DNA of 64,000 nt from a virus. The stretch covers positions 1-64,000 of the IMG/VR virus record IMGVR_UViG_3300043436_002883, one strand, 5' to 3'. Made by a program: the position numbers and the translations under genes. Shown here piece by piece: positions 47,445 to 58,838 of the stretch (its first letter is position 1; each line of letters starts with the position of its first letter). Below the pieces are notes generated by a model. It saw nothing but the letters and a program-made list of their open reading frames with translations. It did not search any database and was not told the origin of the DNA.

Positions 47445-49379
47445 ATGTCTAAGACTATTGCAAACCCATACGAAAATTTTATTGCGTTATCACGTTACGC
47501 TAGATGGATTCCAGAAGAGAATAGACGTGAGACATGGGGAGAAACAGTAGATCGATATTTTTCTTTTATGTTAAATCATTTAAAAGAAAATCATAATTAT
47601 ATTCCAACTGAGAAGCTTGTAGCGGAATTAAAAGACGGTGTATTTAACAGAAATGTGATGCCGTCTATGCGCTCCGTGATGACATCAGGAGCAGCATTAG
47701 AAAGAGACAATGTGGCTGGATACAATTGTTCATTTGTTCCAGTAGATTCTCCACGTTCATTTGATGAAACAATGTATATTCTTATGTGCGGAACAGGTGT
47801 AGGATTTTCTGTTGAATACAAGTACGTTAATAAACTTCCTGCCGTCCCAGATTCGTTTGAAAAGTCAGATACAGTAATTGTTGTAGAAGATTCAAAACAG
47901 GGTTGGGCAAAAGCATATCGTGAGCTACTAGCATTGCTCTGGACTGGACACATTCCAGCAATTGACGTTTCTAAAGTACGTCCCGCAGGTGCACGTCTTA
48001 AGACAATGGGTGGACGCTCATCGGGACCACAACCACTTGTAAATCTTTTTGATTTTACTATTGCAAAGTTTAAAAATGCAGCAGGTCGTCAACTTAAGCC
48101 TATTGAGGCGCATGACATTATGTGTAAGATTGGAGAAGTTGTTGTCGTTGGCGGAGTACGTAGATCAGCAATGATTTCTCTTTCCAACATTAATGATATT
48201 GAGATGGCTGCAGCAAAGTCAGGCAACTGGTGGGAAAATAATACACAACGTGCACTTTCAAATAACTCTGTTGCTTATTCACGCAAGCCAGAGATGGAGC
48301 AGTTTATAGCAGAATGGAAAAACCTTTATGATTCAAAATCAGGAGAACGAGGTATATACAATGTGGCCGCAGCTCAAGCCCAAGCAGCCAAGTATGGAAG
48401 AAGAGATCCAGATATTCACTACGGAACTAACCCATGCTCAGAGATTATCTTACGTCCTTACCAGTTTTGTAATCTTTCAGAAGTCGTACTTCGTGAAAAA
48501 GATACAGTTGAAGATGTTGCAAACAAAGTTCGCCTTGCTACAATTTTGGGAACATGGCAATCAACGCTAACAGATTTTAAGTATTTACGTAAAATATGGA
48601 AAGATAATACAGAAGAAGAACGCCTGCTTGGTGTATCCTTAACTGGACAATTTGGACATAAGTTCTTTTCTGGAAAGCAGGGCTTGGATAAGTTGGAAAC
48701 AACTCTATCGGGTCTTCGTGAATATGCAAGAGAAACGAATAAAGAAGAGGCTGGGAAAATTGGGATTCCTGAGTCTGCAGCTATTACATGTGTAAAGCCT
48801 TCTGGCACAGTATCTCAATTGGTCGGGGTATCTTCAGGAATGCATCCTTGGCATTCACCATATTACATTCGTACAGTTCGTGGCTCAAAGGGAGATCCAA
48901 TTTCTACATTCTTAAAGGAAGTCGGAATTCCAGTAGAAGATGATGTTATGAAGCCAAATGATACATACGTATTTTCATTTCCAGTTAAGGCACCAGAGGG
49001 TGCAATTGTTAGAAATGATTTAACAGCATTAGACCACCTAAATACATGGTTAGTTTATCAACGTGCATGGTGTGAGCACAAGCCTTCAATTACAGTTTCT
49101 GTAAAAGAAGATGAGTGGATGGAGGTTGGGGCATGGGTATATAAGCATTTTGATGAGGTATCTGGAATTTCATTCCTGCCTCATTCAGATCACTCATACA
49201 AGCAGGCTCCCTACCAAGAAGTAGATAAAGCAGAATATGATGCACTTGTTGCAAAGATGCCTAAAGAAATTCGCTGGGAAGATTTATCTTTTTATGAGAC
49301 AGAAGATGGCACTTCTACTAATGCCACTCTTGCCTGCAGCTCAGATGGAAACTGTGAGCTTGTAGATATTTCCGCTTAA
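47445..49379 (+). CDS. nrdJ: Class II (adenosylcobalamin-dependent) ribonucleotide reductase
   Basis: YNCS, GGVRRSA, TNPCSEI and TCVKPSGT motifs; C-terminal Cys pair; no beta subunit adjacent. Confidence 0.92.
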   Translation: MSKTIANPYENFIALSRYARWIPEENRRETWGETVDRYFSFMLNHLKENHNYIPTEKLVAELKDGVFNRNVMPSMRSVMTSGAALERDNVAGYNCSFVPVDSPRSFDETMYILMCGTGVGFSVEYKYVNKLPAVPDSFEKSDTVIVVEDSKQGWAKAYRELLALLWTGHIPAIDVSKVRPAGARLKTMGGRSSGPQPLVNLFDFTIAKFKNAAGRQLKPIEAHDIMCKIGEVVVVGGVRRSAMISLSNINDIEMAAAKSGNWWENNTQRALSNNSVAYSRKPEMEQFIAEWKNLYDSKSGERGIYNVAAAQAQAAKYGRRDPDIHYGTNPCSEIILRPYQFCNLSEVVLREKDTVEDVANKVRLATILGTWQSTLTDFKYLRKIWKDNTEEERLLGVSLTGQFGHKFFSGKQGLDKLETTLSGLREYARETNKEEAGKIGIPESAAITCVKPSGTVSQLVGVSSGMHPWHSPYYIRTVRGSKGDPISTFLKEVGIPVEDDVMKPNDTYVFSFPVKAPEGAIVRNDLTALDHLNTWLVYQRAWCEHKPSITVSVKEDEWMEVGAWVYKHFDEVSGISFLPHSDHSYKQAPYQEVDKAEYDALVAKMPKEIRWEDLSFYETEDGTSTNATLACSSDGNCELVDISA

Positions 49380-49447
49380 TGGTAGAATATGAGTATTGGG
49401 TATTAACCCAAAATTCTGGGCACCCCGCCCAAAATGGAGATGATAAA

Positions 49448-49690
49448 ATGGCTATCAAAAAATTTGATAAGGCTGACTTGAACAAAGATGGGAAAGTAAC
49501 AATGCAAGAACAAATTTTAGCAGCAATTGGAACATACGGAAGAGCATTTTTGGCAGCAGCCACAGCTCTATACATGACTGGAAATACAAATCCAAAGGAT
49601 TTGATTGCAGCTGGCGTAGCAGCAATTGCTCCAGTAATTCTAAAGGCATTAAGCCCAAGCAACAAAGAATTTGGATTTACAAGCAAGTAA
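49448..49690 (+). CDS. Holin-like two-TM protein with an N-terminal EF-hand loop
   Basis: DLNKDGKVTMQE followed by hydrophobic helices and a basic tail. Confidence 0.55.
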   Translation: MAIKKFDKADLNKDGKVTMQEQILAAIGTYGRAFLAAATALYMTGNTNPKDLIAAGVAAIAPVILKALSPSNKEFGFTSK

Positions 49691-49764
49691 TTTAATTATT
49701 ACTGTTAGGATAGCTCCTGTGCTAAAATAAGCATAGGAGTTTTCCTATTTAGGAGTACTATAAA

Positions 49765-50112
49765 ATGGCAGGGCAAAAGAATTTCGAAGTGGATCAAAAT
49801 GCCACATTTTCATTTATTGTTGAATACAAAGACGATAATGGGCTACCTATTGACCTAACAGGCTCAACAGCAAAAATGCAGGTAAGAGATACAAAAGGTG
49901 GAACTAAATTAGCTTTTAGTTTAACTTCACCATCAGGCGGAATCACAATAACCCCACTACTTGGCAAGTTAACTATTAAAATGACTCCAACACAAACCAA
50001 TAAACTATTCTATCCAAAATCATCATATGACATTATGCTGACAGATTCAAACGCAAATAAAATTAAATTGCTAGAGGGCTTTATGACACTTAGCAGATCG
50101 GTGACAATATAA
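49765..50112 (+). CDS. Tail-associated Ig-like protein
   Basis: PIDLTGSTAKMQVR...YDI...LLEG pattern; heads the tail-fibre operon. Confidence 0.65.
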   Translation: MAGQKNFEVDQNATFSFIVEYKDDNGLPIDLTGSTAKMQVRDTKGGTKLAFSLTSPSGGITITPLLGKLTIKMTPTQTNKLFYPKSSYDIMLTDSNANKIKLLEGFMTLSRSVTI

Positions 50113-50549
50113 TGGTAGAGACAATTGTTGTAACAGTTCCAAGCAACGAAGTTGTAGTTTCTACTCCTGGCCCCCAAGGCCCAAGAGGAAAAAGCATACT
50201 TAATGGAGTAGGTGCTCCTGCAGAAAATTTTGGTCTTGAAGGAGATTTTTACTATGATAAAAATACAACAAGATTCTATGGGCCAAAGCCAACAGATCTA
50301 ACTTGGGCAGGAGCAACAAATTACCTTTTAAACATGACTTTAGAGTACTCTTGGGAACTTACACAAGTTACTGGACCAGTATCTGGAGTATATTCTGTAG
50401 AAATTAATCATAATTTAGGCATGAAGCCAAACGTTACAATTAAATCAAGCGCAGGCGACGTTTTAGAAACAGGAATAGATTATAATAGTAGTAACAAAAT
50501 AACACTGACAATGGCTCAACCATTCTCAGGGACAGCGTACCTGTCTTAA
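50112..50549 (+). CDS. Minor tail protein
   Basis: GPQGPRG; G.EGDFY.D; HNLG..P.VT motif. Confidence 0.65.
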   Translation: MVETIVVTVPSNEVVVSTPGPQGPRGKSILNGVGAPAENFGLEGDFYYDKNTTRFYGPKPTDLTWAGATNYLLNMTLEYSWELTQVTGPVSGVYSVEINHNLGMKPNVTIKSSAGDVLETGIDYNSSNKITLTMAQPFSGTAYLS

Positions 50550-50561
50550 GGGAGTTAGCAA

Positions 50562-51983
50562 ATGGCAAGAAAATTTTTAGTTAGCGTTGATCTCAATAAG
50601 AATGAGCTTCTCAATGCCAGAATCCAAAACCTCGGAGCTGCACCATCTAGCCCAGTAACTGGACAAATTTACTATGACAGCGGCAACAATGTCATGTACT
50701 ACTACAATGGATTACCTTCACCAAATGGTCCATGGATGCCAATGTCTGGCTCTACAGAAGTTATCCAAGATGTTATTGGGTCTTCAGTATTAGGTGGAAA
50801 TGTTTTAACAGCGACATACGATGACACCGCTGGAACAACAACAATTGATTTAGACAATACAGCAGTAACAGCTGGATCTTATGGTTCAACAACAGCAATT
50901 CCAACATTTACAGTAGACGCACAAGGTCGTTTAACTGCTGCAAGTACAGTAAGCGTAGCAACAGCTCTTTCAATTGCTGCAGAATCTGGAACAGCAGACA
51001 CAGTAGACCTTCTAACAGATACACTAACCTTTGCCGCAGGCGAAGGAATTAATACAGATGTTACAAACAACACAATTACAATTTCTGGAGAAGATGCCTC
51101 TACAAGCAATAAGGGTATTGCGTCATTTAATTCAGATGATTTTAATACAACAGATGGACATGTAGAGCTAGAGGATACAGTTGTTAAAACAGTTACAACA
51201 GACTCTGGAGCTCTTACTCCATCATCACACGGCCTCTCTATTCTTGGCGGAGAAGGAATTGATGTAACGCATTCTGGAACATCAATTACAGTGGCTGGAG
51301 AAGATGCAAGTACAACTAATAAGGGTGTGGCTTCATTCTCAACAGATGACTTTACAGTAACATCTGGTGCAGTAACAATCAAGAATGTGAATCTTGCTAC
51401 ACAGACAACTGGAAATTATATTGCAACAATTGCTGGAACAGAAAATGAAGTTACAGTTTCAGGATCTGGAACAGAAAATTCAGCAGTAACAATTGGACTT
51501 CCAGACGATGTATCAATTACTAACAACTTAACAGTTGGCGGAAACCTAACAGTTAATGGTACAGTAACTGCGGTAAATACAGAAACAACAACATTAAATG
51601 ATAATATTATTGTTTTAAATAACAATGAAACAGGTACTCCGTCCCAAAACGCAGGACTTGAAGTAGAACGTGGAACATCTGCTAATGTTTCAATAGTATG
51701 GAATGAATCTTCAGATCAATGGACACTTACAAATGATGGTACAAACTATCATGAAGTAGTACGTAAGTGGAAATCTAATATTACTACAACCACTGAAGCC
51801 CCTTACACATTTGCGGCAGAGCATAATCTTGGAACACGTGATGTAACGGTTGCAGTTTATTCAAACTCTACTCCATATTCCGAGGTTGAGGTAGATGTTG
51901 ATCATACATCAGATACTACAGTTACACTAACATTTGCAATCGCACCAACAGCTGGAGCATATAGAGTAGTAATTACAGGATAA
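50562..51983 (+). CDS. Tail fibre protein
   Basis: [11 protein letters not shown]; duplicated GEDASTxNKGxASF unit; HNLGTRDV. Confidence 0.75.
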   Translation: MARKFLVSVDLNKNELLNARIQNLGAAPSSPVTGQIYYDSGNNVMYYYNGLPSPNGPWMPMSGSTEVIQDVIGSSVLGGNVLTATYDDTAGTTTIDLDNTAVTAGSYGSTTAIPTFTVDAQGRLTAASTVSVATALSIAAESGTADTVDLLTDTLTFAAGEGINTDVTNNTITISGEDASTSNKGIASFNSDDFNTTDGHVELEDTVVKTVTTDSGALTPSSHGLSILGGEGIDVTHSGTSITVAGEDASTTNKGVASFSTDDFTVTSGAVTIKNVNLATQTTGNYIATIAGTENEVTVSGSGTENSAVTIGLPDDVSITNNLTVGGNLTVNGTVTAVNTETTTLNDNIIVLNNNETGTPSQNAGLEVERGTSANVSIVWNESSDQWTLTNDGTNYHEVVRKWKSNITTTTEAPYTFAAEHNLGTRDVTVAVYSNSTPYSEVEVDVDHTSDTTVTLTFAIAPTAGAYRVVITG

Positions 51984-51986
51984 AGT

Positions 51987-52403
51987 ATGACAAAAAAATT
52001 CTTAACGCCTATAGCACCACCAGCGCTTACTGAAGATCCATCTGTAGGAATAACTGGAGCTATTTACTATAATAGTTTAACTGGAAAGTTAAAGATTTAT
52101 TCTGGTACGGCTTGGGAAAATGTTTCTACAGGAGTTTCAGTATTATCGGGACCACCATCTAATCCAGATTTAGGGCAACTTTATTTTGATACATCAGAAA
52201 GTACATTTAAAGGCTACAATGGACAAGTTTGGTATGACGTTGCGGGACCAAAAGAAATTTTGGAGCATACACACAACGCATCAAGTGGTATAGTAGAAGA
52301 AGTAAATTATGGAGAGTATGTTGATGACTCTAGAATTTTTGCAAGTTCAGGCAGTGCTAGTTCAAATTTTATAGGTGATTATATTGACGGAGGTGGTGCA
52401 TAA
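51987..52403 (+). CDS. Tail fibre-associated protein
   Basis: Two GxxYxxT...Y.G..W units. Confidence 0.65.
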   Translation: MTKKFLTPIAPPALTEDPSVGITGAIYYNSLTGKLKIYSGTAWENVSTGVSVLSGPPSNPDLGQLYFDTSESTFKGYNGQVWYDVAGPKEILEHTHNASSGIVEEVNYGEYVDDSRIFASSGSASSNFIGDYIDGGGA

Positions 52404-55400
52404 TGGCAATTAGAATTCAATTACGCAGAGACACAGCAGCAAATTGGACTTCAGCAAATCCTGTTTTAAGAGCAGGAGAATTTGGTGTTGAAACAGATAC
52501 ACTTAAGGTAAAGGTAGGTAATGGCACCAGTACATGGACACAAATATCTAGCTACCTAAATATTACACCCGCACAACTAGCAACAACAGTTACAGCAGTA
52601 AATGCTTATACAGATGCAGCAGTAGCATCTTTAGGAAATACTGCATCAACCACTTATGTTCCTCTTTCAGATGTTGGAAATATAGATGGCGTTGCCTCAC
52701 TTGATGCCACTGGTAAAATCCCAGATTCACAAATTCCAGCAGGAATAACTAGAGACACAGAGCTATCTTCTGCTATTTCAACAGCAATTAATAATCTTAT
52801 TGATGGTGCGCCAGGCGCATTAGACACACTTAACGAGCTTGCAGCAGCAATTAATGACGATGCATCATATGCATCAACTATAACAACAGCCCTTGGTTTA
52901 AAAGCACCACTGGCCTCACCAGCACTTACTGGAACACCTACTGCACCAACAGCAGCGGCAGACACAAGTACAACTCAAATTGCAACCACAGCTTTTGCTA
53001 AATCCGAAGCAGATGCAGCACAAGCAGCCGCAATCTCTGAAGCAGCAACAGATGCTACAACAAAAGCAAACGCAGCAAAGTCTGGCGCAGAAGCAACAGC
53101 AGCATCTGCACTTTCTTTGCACGAATCAGATACAACAAATATACATGGTATTGCAGATACAGCAGAACTGGCAACCAAAGCATTTGCAGCAGAGCTGCTT
53201 ACAAATGCTACAAAGTCTAATATATCAATTACAGGAGATAAAAACGGACTTACTATTAATGCTGAAAATGGAGTGGCGGACTCTACAACAGACGCCTTAG
53301 CTGAAGGTGGTACAAATAAATACTTTACAGATGATAGAGCACAGGATGCTGTAGCAACCGCTTTAGCAGCTGGTACACATACAAATATTTCAGTATCTTA
53401 TGATGATGTAGCAAATTCAATTTCTTTAACTGGAGCGGTAACATATACAGATGAAAATGCTCAAGATGCAATAGGAAATGCAGTTGGAACAGGCCTTTCT
53501 TATAACGATACAACTGGAGCAATTTCTGTAGACCCTTCAGAATTTGCACTAAATACAGTCGGTGCACCAACTGGCAACGTATCTCTTGCTACCTATAAAA
53601 TCACAAGCCTTGGAACACCAACTGATTCAACAGATGCTGCTACAAAGGCTTACGTTGACTCAGTAACAGAAGGTCTTCATATTCACGAGTCCGTAATTGC
53701 AGCAACAACTACAAATGTTAATCTCGCAAATGCTCTTGAAAACGGTGACACTCTTGACGGAGTAACCCTTGCAACTGGCAACCGAATTCTTGTTAAAAAT
53801 CAGACAACTACATCTGAAAACGGTATTTACGTAGTTCAGGCTTCAGGACAACCAGTACGTGCAGCCGATTTTGATACAGCAGCAGAAGTTGATTCTGGTG
53901 ATTTTGTATTCGTATATTCAGGAACAGCAAATGCTAGCACTGGATGGGTACAAACAAATAAACCAGCAACAATTGGAACGGACCCAATAGTATTTACACA
54001 GTTCTCAGGTGCTGGTACATATCTTGCGGGTAATGGATTAAGCCTTAATGGAAATACATTTAGTATTAATACAGGAACAACTGTAGATTTAAATACAGCT
54101 CAAACTCTTTCAAACAAAACACTGACATCTCCAGTTATAAATGGTGCAACAATTGGTGGAAGCTTAATTCCATCAGCAAATGCCTCATATGACCTTGGAT
54201 CTGCAGCTAACAAGTTTAAAGATCTATATTTGTCTGGAACAACACTTTACCTAGATACAGCATCTATGCAGTTGGATTCTGGAAATATTCAATTTAGTCA
54301 TAGCGGAAATACAACAACAATTCCAGTTGCAAATGGTGCACATACAGTAACAACTCGTGCTGGTATTGAAACTTTAACAAATAAAACTTTAACTGCTCCA
54401 GTTATTAATAATCCAACTGGAATCACAAAATCTGATGTAGGTCTTGCAAATGTTGATAATACTTCAGATGCAAATAAGCCAGTTTCAACTGCTACACAAA
54501 CAGCACTTGACCTTAAGGCACCACTTGCGTCACCAGCACTTAGTGGTGTACCAACTGCCCCAACAGCAGCAGCCAACACAAATACAACTCAAATTGCAAC
54601 AACTGCTTACGTGCAAACAGAGATTGCTGACTTGATTGCAGCTGCTCCTGGAGCACTAGATACTCTTGATGAGTTGGCAGCAGCTCTTGGTGATGACGCA
54701 AACTATGCAGCTACAATAACAACAGCACTTGGTACCAAGGCTCCAATAGCATCACCTACATTTACAGGGACAGTAGTACTTCCAAATAATACAATTACCA
54801 ACGCAATGTTAGCTGGATCAATTGAAAACAACAAGCTTGTAAATTCCTCTATTACAATTAATGGGAACGCAGTATCTTTGGGTGGAACGGTTACGCTGGC
54901 CACTTCTGCAGCAACTGAAAATACTCTTGGAACTGTATACGGAAAGGTAACAACATCTGGTGTTGACAACACATCACTAGGAAGCCTAACTTTACAGAAT
55001 ATAGAAACTGGAACTGAAAATACAGCACTCGGAAATGAATCTTTAAGATCATTAACAGAAGGAAGCAGAAACGCAGTGCTAGGATTCCAGGCTGGTACTT
55101 TAATAACAAGTGGAATAGGAAACGTCCTATTAGGAACTAGCGCAGGAAGCAATTTGGTCGGCGGAAGTAATAACATTATTATCGGTGATGTTGTACAGTC
55201 CACTACAAGTAATACCAGCAACGAAATTATTATTGGAAATAATGCAAGCAACGCATTTAAAATTCCAGGAATAGGTCTTTCAGCATCAGTAGCTAACTAT
55301 ATTATAACAGCAACAGATACACAAAATTTAACCAATAAAACAATAACAGCACCAACAATTAGCAACCCTAACTTTACTGGGCCAATATCTGTTGCAGACC

Positions 55401-55807
55401 CAGTATCTGCAAGTCACGCAGTAAATAAAGCTTACCTTGAAGCAGAAATTGCCGATTCGGTAGGAAGCGATATATATCCTTTAGACTCATTGTCTCAATT
55501 GTTTGATGGATATACTTCAAGATTTAAGCTAAAATTTGATGGAGTAGATTTTATTCCATCAAACCCATATAAGCTTTTTATAACAATTAATGGTATAATT
55601 CAAATATTGGGAAACCAAGATCAGCACTGGCTCAGCGCATTGCCGTCCGAGGGGTACTTTTTAGATAATGATGGATATATTCAGTTCGGGGAACCAATTC
55701 CAGCTGGGTCATCATTTGAGGCAAAGTATATCTCAGGACCAAATACGCAAACAGTTAAAAAATCTAGATATCCGTTCAGAGCAACAGATATATTATTAGG
55801 AGATTAA
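52403..55807 (+). CDS. Long tail fibre protein with Mtd-like N-terminus
   Basis: IQLRRDTAANW...GEFGVETDT; repeated APGALDTLxELAAA and KAPLASPALxGxPTAPT modules. Confidence 0.85.
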   Translation: MAIRIQLRRDTAANWTSANPVLRAGEFGVETDTLKVKVGNGTSTWTQISSYLNITPAQLATTVTAVNAYTDAAVASLGNTASTTYVPLSDVGNIDGVASLDATGKIPDSQIPAGITRDTELSSAISTAINNLIDGAPGALDTLNELAAAINDDASYASTITTALGLKAPLASPALTGTPTAPTAAADTSTTQIATTAFAKSEADAAQAAAISEAATDATTKANAAKSGAEATAASALSLHESDTTNIHGIADTAELATKAFAAELLTNATKSNISITGDKNGLTINAENGVADSTTDALAEGGTNKYFTDDRAQDAVATALAAGTHTNISVSYDDVANSISLTGAVTYTDENAQDAIGNAVGTGLSYNDTTGAISVDPSEFALNTVGAPTGNVSLATYKITSLGTPTDSTDAATKAYVDSVTEGLHIHESVIAATTTNVNLANALENGDTLDGVTLATGNRILVKNQTTTSENGIYVVQASGQPVRAADFDTAAEVDSGDFVFVYSGTANASTGWVQTNKPATIGTDPIVFTQFSGAGTYLAGNGLSLNGNTFSINTGTTVDLNTAQTLSNKTLTSPVINGATIGGSLIPSANASYDLGSAANKFKDLYLSGTTLYLDTASMQLDSGNIQFSHSGNTTTIPVANGAHTVTTRAGIETLTNKTLTAPVINNPTGITKSDVGLANVDNTSDANKPVSTATQTALDLKAPLASPALSGVPTAPTAAANTNTTQIATTAYVQTEIADLIAAAPGALDTLDELAAALGDDANYAATITTALGTKAPIASPTFTGTVVLPNNTITNAMLAGSIENNKLVNSSITINGNAVSLGGTVTLATSAATENTLGTVYGKVTTSGVDNTSLGSLTLQNIETGTENTALGNESLRSLTEGSRNAVLGFQAGTLITSGIGNVLLGTSAGSNLVGGSNNIIIGDVVQSTTSNTSNEIIIGNNASNAFKIPGIGLSASVANYIITATDTQNLTNKTITAPTISNPNFTGPISVADPVSASHAVNKAYLEAEIADSVGSDIYPLDSLSQLFDGYTSRFKLKFDGVDFIPSNPYKLFITINGIIQILGNQDQHWLSALPSEGYFLDNDGYIQFGEPIPAGSSFEAKYISGPNTQTVKKSRYPFRATDILLGD

Positions 55808-55811
55808 GAAA

Positions 55812-58800
55812 ATGGCAAGAAAAGTATTACTAGAAACGTCTTATACGTTTACCCCATCAACAAGAACTATTTCGATTCCAAAAACAATCTTGAAAGAAAG
55901 ATTGCTTTTGATCACGAACGTAACAACAAATCAGGTTATTTATAATTTTTCAGATCCAAGCTTGGGTTCAACATCATACTCAGCTACTACAAACTCTGCG
56001 ATGGTAGAAAATACAACAATTGTTCTATCATATAACACTGCATCTATGACATCAACAGATAAACTTATGTTTACAATTGATACATTTGATGAAAGCTTTA
56101 CTCCAGCAGAGTCACAGCTAGACCCAGCTAACAAGTTTAGAGTTTCACAACCAAGAGCTCTTATCGACACTGATTTTGAATACGGAACACAGACTTCTAA
56201 GTGGGAAAACCTAGGATTAATTAACAATAGACCATTTTCTTATGCAAGACCAACACCTATTGCTAATATCTCTTCTATTAATCTCCCAACAGGCTCAAAA
56301 ACAGTAACAGTTACACTCAGCTCTGGAACAGCTCCAGCAAACGGAACTCCAGTTACAATCCAAGATTCATTTTTGGCAATTGCAGATGGTAACTTTATTA
56401 TCGAAAACGGCGGTGGAGGATCTAGCTTCACATATACAGCCTCTGCTATTAACAGAACAAGCATTACAGAAATCCTTGATCCAAACAAGACAATAGTTAA
56501 TCAGGGAGTTCTTTTTAGCGGTGCTCAAATTGGCGGAAGTGCATCATTAACTTATTCAGGAAGAAAGATTACAGCAGTAACATCAGTTCCTCACGGACTT
56601 GCCCTAGGAAATGAAATTGTTGTACTTGGAGCTACAGCAACAACTAATCCTCCAAATGGCAATCAAGAAGTTGCTCAGATAATTAACACAACAACATTTG
56701 CATTCTATGTAGATGCAGCACCAACAGGAACAATTGCTGGTGGAATTGCAATTTTTGTAAGACCACAGTCTACATTTGCACATAGACCACATGATGGTGG
56801 TGTTTTGTTTAGTGCTAACTCAGGCTCTAACTATGCACAATGCGTTCGTCAAACACGTCGCTACTTTAGATATCAATCAGGTAAGGGAATTCAGATTTCT
56901 TCAGGAACAGTTCTAAAGCCTTACGCAGGAATTGAAAATATAACATCAAATAACACAGTAGCAGTAACAGTTCAAACAAAAGAAAAGCACAATCTACAAC
57001 CAGGAACAGTTATTAAAATTGGTGGATGTAATGAAGTTGCATACAATGGAACATTTACAATTACGAATGTATTAAGTGCTACAGCTTTCCAATATCAAGC
57101 ACTATCAATTCCTTCAGCCACAGTTGCAACAGGACCATTCTACGCATCAGTAGAATCTTGGTATGGTTGCCAAAATAGACTAGGTGCTTTTGATGAGCAG
57201 AATGGTTTGTTCTGGGAGTACGACGGAACTACACTTTATGCAGTTCGCAGAAGCTCAACTTTCCAGCTATCTGGTAAGGTAACAGTTTCACAAAACTCTG
57301 CAACAATTCTACAATCTAGCGCAGAATTCCCAACATATTTCTCTAAGCAGCTAATCCCAGGAGATAAGATTGTAATCAGAGGACAATCATATAAGGTTGT
57401 TTCAATTGCATCAGATACATCTCTAACAATTAGCCCAGCATACCGTGGAGCAAGTGCTTCAATGTGTATTGTTTCTAGAACAGATGATACAAAAATTGCT
57501 CAAAGCGATTTTAATCTAGATAAGATTGACGGTACAGGGCCTTCTCAGTACAACATTGATCTTGGAAAGATGCAAATGTTCTACATCGACTATACATGGT
57601 ATGGTGCAGGATTCGTAAGATGGGGAGTTAGAGGGCCAAAGGGTAACGTTATTTACGTACACAAGATGCCTAATAACAACGTTAATACAGAAGCCTACAT
57701 GCGCTCTGGTAACCTTCCAGGTAGATATGAAAGCTCAACAAATCCACCTTACACAAAGGCAACTACAGAAATTTTAACAACAGATGCAGCGCTAACAGTT
57801 GCTTCTACAGCTGGATTCCCACCTTCAGGAACACTAGTTATAAGAAACGAAAATACTTATGAGTATGTTAACTACACAGGAAAGTCAGCAACAACATTTA
57901 CTGGACTTACAAGAGGAAAAGCTGGTGTAGAAGCAGGACTAACTGTTACTATAGCAACTGGAACAAGCACTGGAACAGTAGCAAGCGCAACTGGAATTCA
58001 GGTAGGACAAAGAGTTATATCTAATGCCTTCCCTGAAGGAACATTTATTTCTTCAATTACTGGTACATCAGTTCAGTTTAGCAAAGCAGCTTTAACAGAT
58101 AACCCTACTGGAGTAATTATTGCTCCAATGGGAGCCACATCCGCTCAAGCCTTTACATTTGCAGCAACTTCACCAACAATGGTTGAGTTAGCATTCCCAT
58201 CATTCTCAGCATCCATATCACACTGGGGAACATCGGTAATCATGGACGGTAACTTTGATGAAGATAAGTCTCTCGTGTTTACATACGGACAGAGAACTGG
58301 AAACTCTATTCCAGCAGGACAATCAAGAGCACTATTTGCAATCCGTGTAGCACCTTCAGTAGATAATGGTATTGCTGCAGCATTCGGACAAAGAGAACTA
58401 ATTAACCGTATGCAGCTTACACTTAAAGCACTAGATGTTACAACGTCTCTAGCTAACGCTAACCTTCTTGTAACTGCAGTTCTAAATGGAGTTCCATCAA
58501 CAACAAATGCATGGACTAATGCGGTAGGAAACGTAGCAGGAGTAGCAAACTCATCACTAGCACAGATTGTAGATTATCAAGGTAGCTCAACCACTTTATC
58601 TGGTGGAGAAACTACTGCAGGTTTCTTCGTAGGAACTGGAGCTAACTCAATCGATCTGTCAAACGTTAGAGATCTTGGAAACTCAATTGTGGGTGGAGGA
58701 TCAGTAAACTCAAATACAAACATCTACCCAGATGGTCCAGACACACTAACAATTGTTGTTGCAAATCTTGGTTCAACAACAGCTCCAGTGTTCGCAAGAC

Positions 58801-58826
58801 TATCCTGGACTGAGGCACAGGCATAG
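55812..58826 (+). CDS. Large virion structural/tail protein
   Basis: LLLITNVTTNQVIYNFSDP and RQTRRYFRYQSGKG; within the structural operon. Confidence 0.7.
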   Translation: MARKVLLETSYTFTPSTRTISIPKTILKERLLLITNVTTNQVIYNFSDPSLGSTSYSATTNSAMVENTTIVLSYNTASMTSTDKLMFTIDTFDESFTPAESQLDPANKFRVSQPRALIDTDFEYGTQTSKWENLGLINNRPFSYARPTPIANISSINLPTGSKTVTVTLSSGTAPANGTPVTIQDSFLAIADGNFIIENGGGGSSFTYTASAINRTSITEILDPNKTIVNQGVLFSGAQIGGSASLTYSGRKITAVTSVPHGLALGNEIVVLGATATTNPPNGNQEVAQIINTTTFAFYVDAAPTGTIAGGIAIFVRPQSTFAHRPHDGGVLFSANSGSNYAQCVRQTRRYFRYQSGKGIQISSGTVLKPYAGIENITSNNTVAVTVQTKEKHNLQPGTVIKIGGCNEVAYNGTFTITNVLSATAFQYQALSIPSATVATGPFYASVESWYGCQNRLGAFDEQNGLFWEYDGTTLYAVRRSSTFQLSGKVTVSQNSATILQSSAEFPTYFSKQLIPGDKIVIRGQSYKVVSIASDTSLTISPAYRGASASMCIVSRTDDTKIAQSDFNLDKIDGTGPSQYNIDLGKMQMFYIDYTWYGAGFVRWGVRGPKGNVIYVHKMPNNNVNTEAYMRSGNLPGRYESSTNPPYTKATTEILTTDAALTVASTAGFPPSGTLVIRNENTYEYVNYTGKSATTFTGLTRGKAGVEAGLTVTIATGTSTGTVASATGIQVGQRVISNAFPEGTFISSITGTSVQFSKAALTDNPTGVIIAPMGATSAQAFTFAATSPTMVELAFPSFSASISHWGTSVIMDGNFDEDKSLVFTYGQRTGNSIPAGQSRALFAIRVAPSVDNGIAAAFGQRELINRMQLTLKALDVTTSLANANLLVTAVLNGVPSTTNAWTNAVGNVAGVANSSLAQIVDYQGSSTTLSGGETTAGFFVGTGANSIDLSNVRDLGNSIVGGGSVNSNTNIYPDGPDTLTIVVANLGSTTAPVFARLSWTEAQA

Positions 58827-58838
58827 GAAAACATAACA

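Noticed and set aside
47445-49379. Intein or intron in nrdJ or terL
   Set aside because: Both ORFs are continuous and of ordinary length, without splicing motifs
52403-58826. Diversity-generating retroelement suggested by the Mtd-like N-terminus
   Set aside because: No reverse transcriptase or adenine-variable TR/VR pair in the window; internal repeats are ordinary fibre modules
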